Positions 19,360 through 28,669 of a DNA stretch of 64,000 bases are shown here, piece after piece (position 1 is the stretch's first letter; every line of letters begins with the position of its first letter). The stretch comes from a virus, in IMG/VR virus record IMGVR_UViG_3300046684_000205, positions 29,479 to 93,478 of that record; one strand, written 5' to 3'. The translations under genes were made by a program, and so were the position numbers. Below the pieces are notes generated by a model that was given only the letters and a program-made list of their open reading frames with translations, did not search any database and was not told where the DNA came from.

Positions 19360-20253
19360 ATGGAACAAAATTACCTGAACCTCCTGCAGAATATCCTCGA
19401 CAACGGCGTCAAGCAGTCGAACCGCACTGGCATCAATTCCTACACCCTGCCGGGTGAGACGCTCAAGTTCGATCTGCGCGATGGCTTCCCGGCCATCACC
19501 ACGAAAAAGCTGTTCTTCGACGCCGTCAAGGGCGAACTGATCGGCTTCCTGCGTGGCTGTACGTCGGCGGCCGACTTCCGCGCGCTGGGCTGCAACATCT
19601 GGGATCAGAACGCCAACGAGAATGCGGCGTGGCTGGCCAGCCCGGCGCGCCGCGGCGAGGACGACCTTGGCCGGATCTACGGCGCGCAGTGGCGCGACTT
19701 CGGCATTGCCGGTGGCGTGACGCGTGTCGACCAGATCGCTGCCGCCCTGGACCTCGTGCGCAACGAACCGACGAACCGCCGTATCCTCGTCAACGCCTGG
19801 AACCCGGCCGAGATCGACAAGGCCGCGCTGCCGCCCTGCCACGTGTTGTTCCAGCTGCTGCCGCACGTCGACTCGAAGGTGCTGCACATGACGATGTACC
19901 AGCGCAGCTGCGACATGTTCCTCGGCGTGCCCTTCAACATCGCCAGCTACGCGCTGCTGCTCGAGCTGTTCGCCACCTGGACCGGCTACACCGCCGGCAC
20001 GCTGACGATGTTCCTGGCCGATGCCCACATCTACGAGAATCACGTCGACCAGGTGCGCGAGCAGCTGACGCGTGAGGTGCTGCCGGCGCCGCGACTGTCT
20101 CTGATCCTGCGAGATGGCCTTGACGGCCGCGCGCCGGGCGAGTTCCCGACGATGGCGTCACTGGACGATCTGCTGCGTCATCTGCATCCGGACGACATTC
20201 AGCTGGTCGATTATCAATCCCACGCGGCGATCAAAGCGCCGATGGCTGTATGA
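19360..20253 (+). CDS. thyA: thymidylate synthase
   Basis: NRTG, ALPPCH, YQRSCDMFLGVPFNIASY, DAHIYENH, IKAPMAV. Confidence 0.97.
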   Translation: MEQNYLNLLQNILDNGVKQSNRTGINSYTLPGETLKFDLRDGFPAITTKKLFFDAVKGELIGFLRGCTSAADFRALGCNIWDQNANENAAWLASPARRGEDDLGRIYGAQWRDFGIAGGVTRVDQIAAALDLVRNEPTNRRILVNAWNPAEIDKAALPPCHVLFQLLPHVDSKVLHMTMYQRSCDMFLGVPFNIASYALLLELFATWTGYTAGTLTMFLADAHIYENHVDQVREQLTREVLPAPRLSLILRDGLDGRAPGEFPTMASLDDLLRHLHPDDIQLVDYQSHAAIKAPMAV

Positions 20254-20474
20254 GCGGGCCGGCTACAAACGAAGTCGTTGTCCAGCTCGACACTATCGGC
20301 AGCATGCTGACCCATTCGGTCGACGAGCTGCTTAAGGCGCGGCACGCGCTGCGTGCGCTGCAGGAGCTATTCCTGCCTCATGGCGACGTGACGGTCGACG
20401 CAGGGCAGATCTGGCACGTGCTCGAGACGATCGACGACCACCTTCACAACGCCCTCGGCAAACTGGGAGACTGA
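20250..20474 (+). CDS. hypothetical protein
   Basis: ATGA overlap. Confidence 0.6.
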   Translation: MSGPATNEVVVQLDTIGSMLTHSVDELLKARHALRALQELFLPHGDVTVDAGQIWHVLETIDDHLHNALGKLGD

Positions 20475-20475
20475 T

Positions 20476-20946
20476 ATGGCAACAAGCATAGGACAGCGCG
20501 GCAAGTGGGCTGAGGGGAGGGTGTCTGACTGGATGAGGGCGCGCAGTGAAGCTGATGTGCGCTTTGCCTACAACCGCTACCCAGATGCCCGGGCTGGCAG
20601 CCTGCAGTCGGCGCCATCGGACTTCGAAGCGTCGCTGCGGGGTACCGGCCACTTCAAGGTCGAGGTGAAGGAAGTCAAGATCACCGCTGCCAGCACTCGG
20701 CGCGTGCCGGAGAAGAACTTTTCGGCCGATAAGATCGCGCGCATGTGGAAGTGGGAGCTGGCCGGCGACGAGTGTTGGGTGGTGGTTTGCCATCGTATCG
20801 AAGGCCGCGGCGGTGTACAGGAGTGGCGCCTCGTGCCACTCCGCCATTTTCGCGAGAAGGCGGCGTCCTGGGATGTTGCGGCTTTTCCGTTCCACACATC
20901 AGTCGACGCCGTAATGTTGCAGCTTTTCGGCACGATCAGTCGTTGA
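20476..20946 (+). CDS. PD-(D/E)XK nuclease, probable Holliday junction resolvase
   Basis: RGKWAE, PSDF, VEVK. Confidence 0.72.
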   Translation: MATSIGQRGKWAEGRVSDWMRARSEADVRFAYNRYPDARAGSLQSAPSDFEASLRGTGHFKVEVKEVKITAASTRRVPEKNFSADKIARMWKWELAGDECWVVVCHRIEGRGGVQEWRLVPLRHFREKAASWDVAAFPFHTSVDAVMLQLFGTISR

Positions 20947-20975
20947 CGGCAGGCAAACTTTCCCTGAAAATGACA

Positions 20976-20998
20976 GAGAGGCCCTCCGGGGCCTCTTT
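20976..20998 (+). terminator. hairpin / possible terminator
   Basis: AGAGGCCC-TCCG-GGGCCTCT-TT. Confidence 0.45.
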
Positions 20999-21021
20999 CC
21001 ACACCCCCACCACGAGAGACT

Positions 21022-21663
21022 ATGAGCATCCCTGCAGGTACAACGTTCGGCCGTTTGACGGTGCTTGGGCGCGACGCCGAGCGTTCAGCAAACCCTAGGC
21101 GAAAGCAGTTCTATCGCGTGCGCTGTGTTTGCGGAGTCGAAAAGTCCGCGGAGGGTTGGGCACTCGGCGCCAGCTATATTGTCTCTTGCGGCTGCAAGAA
21201 GAAAGAGCACAGCCTACGGCACGGCAAGCGGAGGATCGGCAGTAAGGATCCGACGTACCAGACCTGGGACAACATGATTCAGCGCTGCACTAACCCCAAC
21301 CGCGAGGAGTACCCGTATTACGGTGGGCGTGGTATTGCCGTGTGCGAGCGCTGGAAGACCTTCGCCAACTTTCTCGCGGATATGGGTGAGCGCCCTGACG
21401 GGACTGAGATCGAGCGGGAACGGAACGAGGAGGGCTACCTTCCTGGCAACTGCGTATGGGCGACGCGCGCAGGGCAGATGCTGAACACACGGAGGACGCA
21501 CATCGTGATTTTCGACGGTGAGGCATTGCCGCTAGTTGTGCTGGCCCGTAGATTGGGCCTACCTAAAGAGAAAACCCGCTGGCGCCACAGGCATGGCTGG
21601 TCTCTCGAAGAGATTATCAACAATAAAAGGAATAAGTTATGGCCCACACACTCACCTGCGTAA
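21022..21663 (+). CDS. HNH-type homing endonuclease
   Basis: FGRLTV, CVCG, SCGC, YGGRGIAVCERW, FLADMG, GYLPGNCVWAT. Confidence 0.85.
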   Translation: MSIPAGTTFGRLTVLGRDAERSANPRRKQFYRVRCVCGVEKSAEGWALGASYIVSCGCKKKEHSLRHGKRRIGSKDPTYQTWDNMIQRCTNPNREEYPYYGGRGIAVCERWKTFANFLADMGERPDGTEIERERNEEGYLPGNCVWATRAGQMLNTRRTHIVIFDGEALPLVVLARRLGLPKEKTRWRHRHGWSLEEIINNKRNKLWPTHSPA

Positions 21664-22700
21664 GCGACTGGCATCTGGGCGCCATCCGTAGCGCCGGTAC
21701 CACGCCAGCGACAGCCTACCAGCTGCGCCAGGACCTGCTGGCGGCTGGTGGCCGGATCCTCGAAAAGACAAAAGGCGATCTGTTAGTCAACGGCGATCTG
21801 TTCGACGGCCCGGACATCCCGCGCGCAGACTTGCTGCAGGCGATCCGCATGTTCAGCGACTGGCTCGACGAAAACCCGACCAGCCGCCTGCTCCTCGCCA
21901 ACGGCAACCACGATCTCGACAAGAACTCGACGCGCCTGTCGTCCTTCCAGTTCTTCGCCCAACTGCTGATGGGGCAATACCCGCAACGCGTGACGCACGT
22001 CGAGGAAGGCACCAGCATCATCGAGCACGACGCCTACGTGATCCCCCATCGCGCCAACCAGGATCTGTTCAACATCGAGCTGGCCAATGTCCCGCCGTGC
22101 CGCTTCCTGTTCGTGCACGCCAACTACGACAACCAGTTTGCGGTCGAATCCGACCACTCGCTGAATCTGTCGAAAGAGCAGGCCCAGCAGCTGCCGGTCG
22201 AATACATCGTGTTCGGCCACGAGCATCAGGCGCGCACCGAGCTGGGTGGCAAGGTCGTGATCGTCGGAAACCAGTTCCCGAGTTCGATCAGCGACTGCCT
22301 GGGCAATACGGACAAGCAGCTGCTGCGCATCGCGGACGGCAAATACAGCCTGCACACGACCTGGCAGGATATTGACGAGCGTACCGGCAAGATCGACTAC
22401 ACCGAGCAGGACTGGCGGGAGCTGGTCGACGTCGGCCGCTTCATTCGCGTGACCGGCCACGCCACGGCCGCCGAAGCCGACAAGGTCGTGACGGTGCTGG
22501 GGCGCTTCCGGCGCGAAGCTGACGCCCTGGTCATCACCAACGCGGTGAAGATCGAAGGCATCGACGACGGCGCCGAGATGACGCTGTCGCACGAGGAGGT
22601 CACGTCCTTCAACGTGATGGAGGCGCTGCGCGAATTCCTCGGGCCCGATGACGCGGCCGAGATCGACAAAATTATGGGAGAACAAGATGCAGTTTCCTGA
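21639..22700 (+). CDS. Mre11/SbcD-like nuclease
   Basis: SDWHLG, GDLFD, GNHD, FGHEH. Confidence 0.88.
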   Translation: MAHTLTCVSDWHLGAIRSAGTTPATAYQLRQDLLAAGGRILEKTKGDLLVNGDLFDGPDIPRADLLQAIRMFSDWLDENPTSRLLLANGNHDLDKNSTRLSSFQFFAQLLMGQYPQRVTHVEEGTSIIEHDAYVIPHRANQDLFNIELANVPPCRFLFVHANYDNQFAVESDHSLNLSKEQAQQLPVEYIVFGHEHQARTELGGKVVIVGNQFPSSISDCLGNTDKQLLRIADGKYSLHTTWQDIDERTGKIDYTEQDWRELVDVGRFIRVTGHATAAEADKVVTVLGRFRREADALVITNAVKIEGIDDGAEMTLSHEEVTSFNVMEALREFLGPDDAAEIDKIMGEQDAVS

Positions 22701-22980
22701 AGCGGACTACCTGCGGTATGACCCTTGCGAAGGGAGTGACGCCGTCATCACCCTTCGCAAAGTAAAGCTGCGGACGGCGCGTATATCGCATGCCTGCTTC
22801 CTCGGCACCGCACCAGGCGGTGACAACCATCAGATCCAGCCTGGGGAGATATATCGCTCTGAACGTGCACTCGTAGATGGCGATTACTGGGGCCACTACA
22901 AAGTGTGCGTGCCCTGCATGGATAAATGGCTTGCTGATGTCGGCCGCCCAGTTAAAAAGGAAGAAAGCAATGCTGCTTAA
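22687..22980 (+). CDS. hypothetical Cys/His protein
   Basis: HAC...IQPGEIY...CVPC. Confidence 0.65.
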   Translation: MQFPEADYLRYDPCEGSDAVITLRKVKLRTARISHACFLGTAPGGDNHQIQPGEIYRSERALVDGDYWGHYKVCVPCMDKWLADVGRPVKKEESNAA

Positions 22981-23161
22981 CCTGCTCAAGGCCGCGACCG
23001 CGGTTGTCGTCACGCCGTTCGCCGTTGTCGTCGACACCGTGATGTTCATCCCCGATGCCTGCTCGTACGACAAAAAGCGCGATCTGCCCTACAGCCGCAC
23101 TGGCGCCTTGCTGAAGGCCGCCGGCGAAGCCGTCACCGACGCTGTCACACTGGACAAATAA
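22970..23161 (+). CDS. hypothetical protein
   Basis: AAGGA RBS; abuts the Rad50 gene. Confidence 0.6.
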   Translation: MLLNLLKAATAVVVTPFAVVVDTVMFIPDACSYDKKRDLPYSRTGALLKAAGEAVTDAVTLDK

Positions 23162-23163
23162 TC

Positions 23164-25356
23164 ATGCTCAAAAAGATCCGCCTCCAGAATTTCCGCCAGC
23201 ACCTCGACCGCGCTTTCGACTTCGGCCCGGGCCTGAACGCCATCCGTGGCGAGAACGAAGCCGGCAAGACGACCGTGCTCGAAGCCTTCTTCTACTTCTG
23301 CTTCGGCGCGCGCGCCCTGCGCGAGTCGCTCGACGACGTCGTCACCTACCACCAGCCGGTGTCCAGGCTGCGCGTCGACTGCGAGATTGAACACCTTGGC
23401 GTCACCTACAGCGGCTACCGCGGCAAGTCCGGCGCCGAGGTCAACTTCGGCCGCGAGAAGATCACCGGCCAGAACGAGGTCACCGCTTTCTTCGAGCGCC
23501 TGTTCGGCGCCGACGCCAAGCTGGCCGGCAAGCTGATGTTCGCCTCGCAGAAGTCGCTGGCCGAGTCGCTCAAGGAAGGGCCGACCGCCGCCGGCAAGAT
23601 GATCGAGGATCTGGCCAACTTCGATCTGATCGACCGGGTTGCCGAGGCGATCTCCACCCAGCGCACCACCGGCAAGACCGATGGCGTCGAGGCGCGCATC
23701 GCCCAGCTGCGCCAACAGGAAAGCGAGGGCCAGACCCCCGAAGACCTTGGGACGCTGCGCGTCGAGGTCACAAATGCCGCCGAAATGGTGACGGGCGCCG
23801 GCATGGAGCTCGACGAGCTGCAGCGGCAGCGCGATCAGCTCGACGTCGACCAGGCGCGCCAGGTCATCGCCAGCGAGGCGGCGCTGTCGCGCACGATCGA
23901 GAAGGCGACCTTCGATATCGATGCGCTCGACCGCGATCTGGGCCGGCCTGCGGTGCTGCCGCCTGAGGAGGGCGCCATCGAAAAGGCGCGCGCGGCGGTG
24001 GAAGCCGGCAAGCGGCAGGCGCAGGCCGCAAAGCTGCACGCCGAGCTGCTGGGTATCGAAACGATCGGGCTGTGGGATCAGGATCTGGCGTCGCTGGAGG
24101 CTGAGATCGCGAAGACGCAGGCTGCGGTTGAGCGTGAATCGAAGACACGCGCCAGTATCGCACAGGCCATGGCAGACCTCGAGCGCGAACACGCCGAGCG
24201 CGTGCGCGCCAGCGATGTCAGGGTCGCCCAGCTGGAAGGCCGACTGATCAGGGAGACCACCTGCGCGCTGTGCCAGAAGGATCTGACCGAAGTGCCAGAG
24301 GTGGTGCGCGCCAACAGCGACCTGCAGCGCCAGATCGACGAAGTGAAGCTGGCGGCCGTCCAGGCCGGCAATGAGTCACGTATCCGCAAGCTCGAACTGG
24401 ACGCAGACCTTGTAGCTTCCCAGGTCGACCTCGACACACAGCTCGAATACCTGGCGCAGCTGAACGACGTGGTCCGGACCAACGCCAAGGTCGAGCAGCT
24501 GTATGCGCGCGCAGCCGACTTCATCGAGGTCGACCGCAGCGTGGTGCCGGGCCAGTGGAAGTGGACCGGCCCGGCGCTGGAACACGTGCCGGCCGACCTG
24601 GCCAACCAGCTGGCGCACCTTGAGCGCCTGAGTCATGACGCAGCGGCGGACAAGGCGCGCCGCGAGGAGAGGGCCGCCCAGCGCGACAAGGTGGTGCTGG
24701 AGCGCCGCGACGCGATTGCGGCGCGCAACGGGCTGCCGCTGAAGGATGCGAGGGAAACGCTGGAGGATGCTGCGGATCTCGACGTTATCATCAAGGACCG
24801 GCAGCTGAAGCTGCAGGCGCTGCAGCAAACTCTGCAGGACCGCCAGATCTCCCTCGCCACTAAGGAAGCACTGGCCGTCCAGCAGCAGCGCCAGCTGGAG
24901 CTGACGCGTCAGCAGCTGGCCGCCGCCGAGGCCGAGCTGGTCGAGATGCAGAAATACAATTTGCTGATCAGGAAGGTGCGCGCGGCGCGCCCGGCCATCA
25001 CGAACAAGTTGTGGAACATCGTGCTGGGCGGCGTTTCGAAACACTTCAGCGAGGTGCGCGGTACCGAGTCGCGTATCACCCGCGCCGACGGCATCTTCAA
25101 ATGCAACGGCTGGCCGGTCTCGGGCCTGTCCGGCTCGGCCGAGGACATGCTGGGCCTGGCGATGCGCATCACGCTCACGCGCACTTTCCTGCCAGGCATC
25201 GACATGCTGCAGCTGGATGAGCCGGGCGCAGCATGTTCCGATGCGCGCGAGACCGCCATGCTGGGCATGCTCTCGACTCTCAATTTCGGCCAGATCATCA
25301 TGATCAGCCACAACGACCTGGTCGACGCTGTCGCCGACCGCATCATCACCGTTTAA
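23164..25356 (+). CDS. Rad50/SbcC-like ATPase
   Basis: LQNFRQH, GENEAGKTT, coiled coils with CALC zinc hook, LSG, LDEP, ISH. Confidence 0.92.
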   Translation: MLKKIRLQNFRQHLDRAFDFGPGLNAIRGENEAGKTTVLEAFFYFCFGARALRESLDDVVTYHQPVSRLRVDCEIEHLGVTYSGYRGKSGAEVNFGREKITGQNEVTAFFERLFGADAKLAGKLMFASQKSLAESLKEGPTAAGKMIEDLANFDLIDRVAEAISTQRTTGKTDGVEARIAQLRQQESEGQTPEDLGTLRVEVTNAAEMVTGAGMELDELQRQRDQLDVDQARQVIASEAALSRTIEKATFDIDALDRDLGRPAVLPPEEGAIEKARAAVEAGKRQAQAAKLHAELLGIETIGLWDQDLASLEAEIAKTQAAVERESKTRASIAQAMADLEREHAERVRASDVRVAQLEGRLIRETTCALCQKDLTEVPEVVRANSDLQRQIDEVKLAAVQAGNESRIRKLELDADLVASQVDLDTQLEYLAQLNDVVRTNAKVEQLYARAADFIEVDRSVVPGQWKWTGPALEHVPADLANQLAHLERLSHDAAADKARREERAAQRDKVVLERRDAIAARNGLPLKDARETLEDAADLDVIIKDRQLKLQALQQTLQDRQISLATKEALAVQQQRQLELTRQQLAAAEAELVEMQKYNLLIRKVRAARPAITNKLWNIVLGGVSKHFSEVRGTESRITRADGIFKCNGWPVSGLSGSAEDMLGLAMRITLTRTFLPGIDMLQLDEPGAACSDARETAMLGMLSTLNFGQIIMISHNDLVDAVADRIITV

Positions 25357-25366
25357 GGAGAAGTAC

Positions 25367-25624
25367 ATGGACATCGTCCGACACCCCAAAACCAACCACG
25401 ACTTCGGCGCGCCGGCCGACATGCAGGATGGCAGCTGCGAGAGCCTGCCGGTCGTGCTGGTGACGAACGAGTACGGCCACTGGGCCTGCTCCTACTGGAA
25501 GCCCAGCGGCCAGGAGCTGGAAGCCCTGGCCGCTGGCGGCGCCATCCAGCTGGGTGTGCGCCTCGTGGATGATGGTGACAGCCACCCGGTCGTCTCGATG
25601 TGCGCCACCAAGGAGGTCCTGTGA
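25367..25624 (+). CDS. hypothetical protein
   Basis: AAGGAG RBS. Confidence 0.7.
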   Translation: MDIVRHPKTNHDFGAPADMQDGSCESLPVVLVTNEYGHWACSYWKPSGQELEALAAGGAIQLGVRLVDDGDSHPVVSMCATKEVL

Positions 25625-25836
25625 GCGAACCCATCAACCGTGACGGCTGGATCGAGCTGGACGCCTTCTGCGCCAAGTACGGCGAACGCAAGAACACGGT
25701 CCACAAGCGTGTGACCGACGGCACCTGGCCGCGCGGCGAGCTCTACTCGTCGCCGTCCGGCGGCACCGGCTTCGTGCACGAGGCGCGCGCGGTGGCGTGG
25801 CTGAGGGAGAACGGCAAGCTGCGGGTGGAAGCGTGA
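25621..25836 (+). CDS. small excisionase-like winged-helix DNA-binding protein
   Basis: WIELDAFCAKYG...TVHKRV..GTW pattern; AGGAGG RBS. Confidence 0.55.
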   Translation: MSEPINRDGWIELDAFCAKYGERKNTVHKRVTDGTWPRGELYSSPSGGTGFVHEARAVAWLRENGKLRVEA

Positions 25837-26018
25837 GCGCCGACCGTCCGGCCTTGCCTTCTTGCGGAGGCATGGGCGGCCGCAGCCCCAGAACCGGCAA
25901 GGAGGTCGGCAGCCGTCACAGCTGGCCTGATGGGTGGGGACAGGGCCAATGCCGGTTCTGCCACAAATCCCTAGACAGCTTGCAGGCGACGGCCAAACAA
26001 CTTGCGAAGGTGAAGTAA
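25833..26018 (+). CDS. hypothetical protein (Cys/His)
   Basis: GTGA overlap; ends at terminator. Confidence 0.45.
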   Translation: MSADRPALPSCGGMGGRSPRTGKEVGSRHSWPDGWGQGQCRFCHKSLDSLQATAKQLAKVK

Positions 26019-26019
26019 C

Positions 26020-26053
26020 AATACGCCGGCGATCAGCCGGCGTATTTTTCTTT
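26020..26053 (+). terminator. terminator at the convergence of the replication and late modules
   Basis: AATACGCCGGC-GATCA-GCCGGCGTATT-TTTCTTT. Confidence 0.8.
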
Positions 26054-26797
26054 GACCTCGGCGAGCGGGATGAACTGCTCGTCGAAGCACCCATCCTCGA
26101 CGTTCTTCAGATAGACCACACCGTGCCAGTGCTGGTTGCCCTGCGGGCCAAGGTATCCCTCTTCGTGCTCGTAGGCGCTCCCCGCGATGATCGAGGTGAC
26201 ACGCCGGCCGTCAGCGCGGTAGGCGAAAGCGATCTGGCGCCCCTGCTGGTGGCCGGCGACACAGCTTTGATGCTTTTTGTTCAACTGGGCCTGCGCGCTC
26301 GACGCCGGCCGGCCCATCACACCAGTCTGAAAATAGTGGCAGAACGCCACCCCCTCGATGACGACCACCTCGAGAAACTTGTGCACCTCCCAGCCGTACT
26401 TCTCGTAAGCCAGATCCTCCAGCCCGATCGCGCCGGCCAGCATCGGCTCCTCGTTGATCGTGCGTAGGATCCGCTCTTCGTGGTTGCCCGTCGTGAGCAC
26501 CATGCGCGGGCGGTAGATTCCGTGCTTGCTGGCGTGGCGACGTAAGTTGTATTCTCGCAGCGGACCTAGCAGGGCCTCCATGCCGGCGTGCGCGGCCTCG
26601 ATGTCAGCCCGGTACCGGCGCCCTTCGAACGACTTCTTGCCCTTGTCGTACGAGCTTAAACTCGGCATGTCGGCGAAATCCCCGATATGCACAACAACGT
26701 CGGGCTTCTCGGCCACGATCATGCGGCCGATGCAGCGCAGGAATTCAAGGTCATCACCGGGCCGTACCTGGGAATCAGGAATCATCAGTATGTTCAT
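26033..26797 (-). CDS. calcineurin-like metallophosphoesterase
   Basis: PDSQ, HIGDFAD, GNHE, CH, GHQQ. Confidence 0.85.
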   Translation of the reverse strand: MNILMIPDSQVRPGDDLEFLRCIGRMIVAEKPDVVVHIGDFADMPSLSSYDKGKKSFEGRRYRADIEAAHAGMEALLGPLREYNLRRHASKHGIYRPRMVLTTGNHEERILRTINEEPMLAGAIGLEDLAYEKYGWEVHKFLEVVVIEGVAFCHYFQTGVMGRPASSAQAQLNKKHQSCVAGHQQGRQIAFAYRADGRRVTSIIAGSAYEHEEGYLGPQGNQHWHGVVYLKNVEDGCFDEQFIPLAEVKEKYAG

Positions 26798-26918
26798 CGG
26801 GTTCCTGCGAATCAGGGATGATGGCGCGTCCGTCGATCACGGAGCAGATGGGAATGCTGACGGGGCGTAGCGCCCCGTCAGCATCAGGACGCAGCTTAAT
26901 GACGTTCAGCTCCGTCAT
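26775..26918 (-). CDS. possible 47-aa peptide (MTELNVIKLRPDADG...)
   Basis: translated by hand; fills the gap between spanin and phosphoesterase genes. Confidence 0.3.
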   Translation of the reverse strand: MTELNVIKLRPDADGALRPVSIPICSVIDGRAIIPDSQEPDEHTDDS

Positions 26919-27435
26919 CGGGGTGGTACCAGTCGCCGGCACGGCCGTTGAAGGTCACTTGCTGGCGGGCGTAGAAGTCACGCCAGCCGAGGGCCTGCTC
27001 GCGCCAGACACGGCAGCTGGCGGCATTGCTGAGCTCGATGGCTGCGAGCTCGGAAAAGCGTACGGCGCTGGGTCCTGCGTCAGCGTCGCTGGCGGGTCCA
27101 GCAGCGGCACCTGACCAGCCGGCACTGGCGAGGCGCAGGAAGCCAGCAGGAATAGCAAAGTGCTCATCCACAGAAGGTGGCACGACACTTGGGACGAGGG
27201 ACTCAAGGTTCTTCTCCTGGACGTAGATTTTCTGGATGCGGTCCTTGTAGACGGTCTCGACTTTCGTGACCGTCTTGACCTGGGTCTTGACCAGCGTGAT
27301 GACCTTCTCGACCGCCTGGTCCTGCGCATGGTGCGCTTCCTGCAGGCGGCCGGTGCCGTAGCTGGCGACTGCCAGCGCGATGATCGCGGCCCAGCGGGCC
27401 CAGGGCGGCACGATGACATCGGTCAGGATGCTCAC
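26896..27435 (-). CDS. i-spanin (Rz-like)
   Basis: N-terminal TM plus helical periplasmic region; follows endolysin with GTGA overlap. Confidence 0.75.
   Translation of the reverse strand: MSILTDVIVPPWARWAAIIALAVASYGTGRLQEAHHAQDQAVEKVITLVKTQVKTVTKVETVYKDRIQKIYVQEKNLESLVPSVVPPSVDEHFAIPAGFLRLASAGWSGAAAGPASDADAGPSAVRFSELAAIELSNAASCRVWREQALGWRDFYARQQVTFNGRAGDWYHPDDGAERH
26955..27167 (-). CDS. embedded o-spanin lipoprotein (Rz1-like); start may lie a few codons upstream
   Basis: alternate frame within the i-spanin gene; LLFLLASC lipobox, then Pro-rich sequence. Confidence 0.6.
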   Translation of the reverse strand: MSTLLFLLASCASPVPAGQVPLLDPPATLTQDPAPYAFPSSQPSSSAMPPAAVSGASRPSAGVTSTPASK

Positions 27436-28055
27436 AGGACCTCCATCAACAGGTCGAACAGGTCTTTGCAATCGTCAAGACCGATGCTGCCGCCGTTGAC
27501 TGCGCAGCGCACGCCCGCAAGGTTGTTGCAGGCCGCGAACTTCTTGCAGCCGTGCGTGATCCAGAACCAGCCGAAGGCAGCGGTGCCGATCTGAATCGTT
27601 GCGACCTGATCAGGCGAGGCGAGCAAGTTCAGGCCCAGTGCGGCGCCGCACTTCTGATAATTTTCCCTGCCGGTCAGCTGGCCCGGGCCGCGGCCGCGAT
27701 GGCGCCAGCCGTCGCCGCTCTCGACCGAGCCATTGCCCATCCGATTGGCATAGGCGACGTTGGCGATCATCTGCTGGTTCGCCGGGCGTGTGGGCGTGCG
27801 GCCGTACATCTCCGCAAGCTCCCGCGTGAAGCGCTTCGGCCAGATCAGCTGCAGGGCTTCGACCGAGTAGTTCAGGTTCTCGGTCATCTTCATGAAGCCC
27901 TGCGACTCGTGCAGGCACTGCACAGCAAAGTGCGCCTGCTCGATGGTGGTGCTGATGTCGAAGCGGGCGCAGGTGGCGTTGATGGCAACGGCCGCGTCAT
28001 GCGCGATCGCGATCGGCATGCGGGGCACCGCGTGGCGCAGTTGGTCAGGTGTCAT
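27432..28055 (-). CDS. endolysin, glycoside hydrolase family 19
   Basis: HESQGF, ENLNYS, YANRMGNG, DGWRHRGRGPGQLTGRENY, VNGG. Confidence 0.93.
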   Translation of the reverse strand: MTPDQLRHAVPRMPIAIAHDAAVAINATCARFDISTTIEQAHFAVQCLHESQGFMKMTENLNYSVEALQLIWPKRFTRELAEMYGRTPTRPANQQMIANVAYANRMGNGSVESGDGWRHRGRGPGQLTGRENYQKCGAALGLNLLASPDQVATIQIGTAAFGWFWITHGCKKFAACNNLAGVRCAVNGGSIGLDDCKDLFDLLMEVL

Positions 28056-28299
28056 TTGCAGCTTTCACTGCCCGGAAGGAAATCGCCAGGCGCAGGACCA
28101 TGCCGGCGACGACGACGGCGCCGCCCATGAATTTGTAGACGTTGTCAGGGAGGTAAGGCTGCAGGGCCGGCAGGCTGTTGGTCAGCTCGGACTGGATCTC
28201 CCTGGCCCAGGGCAGCGCCGCGAGCAGCGCGAAGCTGACGTAGGTGCGCCACCTCTTCAGCTCGACGCAGACAGCTGCTTTCAGGTGCTGGAGTGTCAT
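28045..28299 (-). CDS. holin-like two-TM protein
   Basis: 84 aa, two hydrophobic segments, upstream of endolysin. Confidence 0.65.
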   Translation of the reverse strand: MTLQHLKAAVCVELKRWRTYVSFALLAALPWAREIQSELTNSLPALQPYLPDNVYKFMGGAVVVAGMVLRLAISFRAVKAANDT

Positions 28300-28526
28300 T
28301 TCGGGTCCTTCCGTACACGCCAGCGCGCCAGCAGTTTCTGGACGGTCTGCGTCTCGTACAGCCGGATGCAGGACCAGATGAAGGTGACCAGCATCGTCAT
28401 CTGCGGCAGCCAGCCGAAGAATGCCGCCACGGACATGACGAATACGGAATTGTCGATTTCGCGGTTGTGCGGTTCGAGTACAGCGCGCAGATGGGTCCAG
28501 TGGAGCTTGGCTTCGGCCAGGGTCAT
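28296..28526 (-). CDS. holin/antiholin-like membrane protein
   Basis: hydrophobic core plus IRLYETQTVQ and basic tail; ATGA overlaps. Confidence 0.65.
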   Translation of the reverse strand: MTLAEAKLHWTHLRAVLEPHNREIDNSVFVMSVAAFFGWLPQMTMLVTFIWSCIRLYETQTVQKLLARWRVRKDPK

Positions 28527-28618
28527 TCGCATGCCTCGTATTCGTTGTCAGATAGCTCAGAAACGAGGTCTCCGAGGAAAACCAGGAGGCTGCAGGCAAT
28601 CGCCAGAATTCGGTACAT
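28523..28618 (-). CDS. 31-aa membrane peptide MYRILAIACSLLVFLGDLVSELSDNEYEACE
   Basis: GGAGG RBS; stop overlaps the next ATG; not in the ORF track. Confidence 0.5.
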   Translation of the reverse strand: MYRILAIACSLLVFLGDLVSELSDNEYEACE

Positions 28619-28669
28619 TGACGCACCTCCATAGTTGATCACAGGAATTTTAGAGCTTGCTGTTCCGCT

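Noticed and set aside
19360-20253. ThyA as a base-hypermodification enzyme
   Set aside because: It keeps the dUMP-specifying Asn (PFNIASY) and canonical motifs; no glycosyltransferase or other modification genes were seen.
25621-25836. Excisionase as evidence of lysogeny
   Set aside because: No integrase, att site or CI/Cro switch seen in the window; lifestyle cannot be settled without the rest of the genome.
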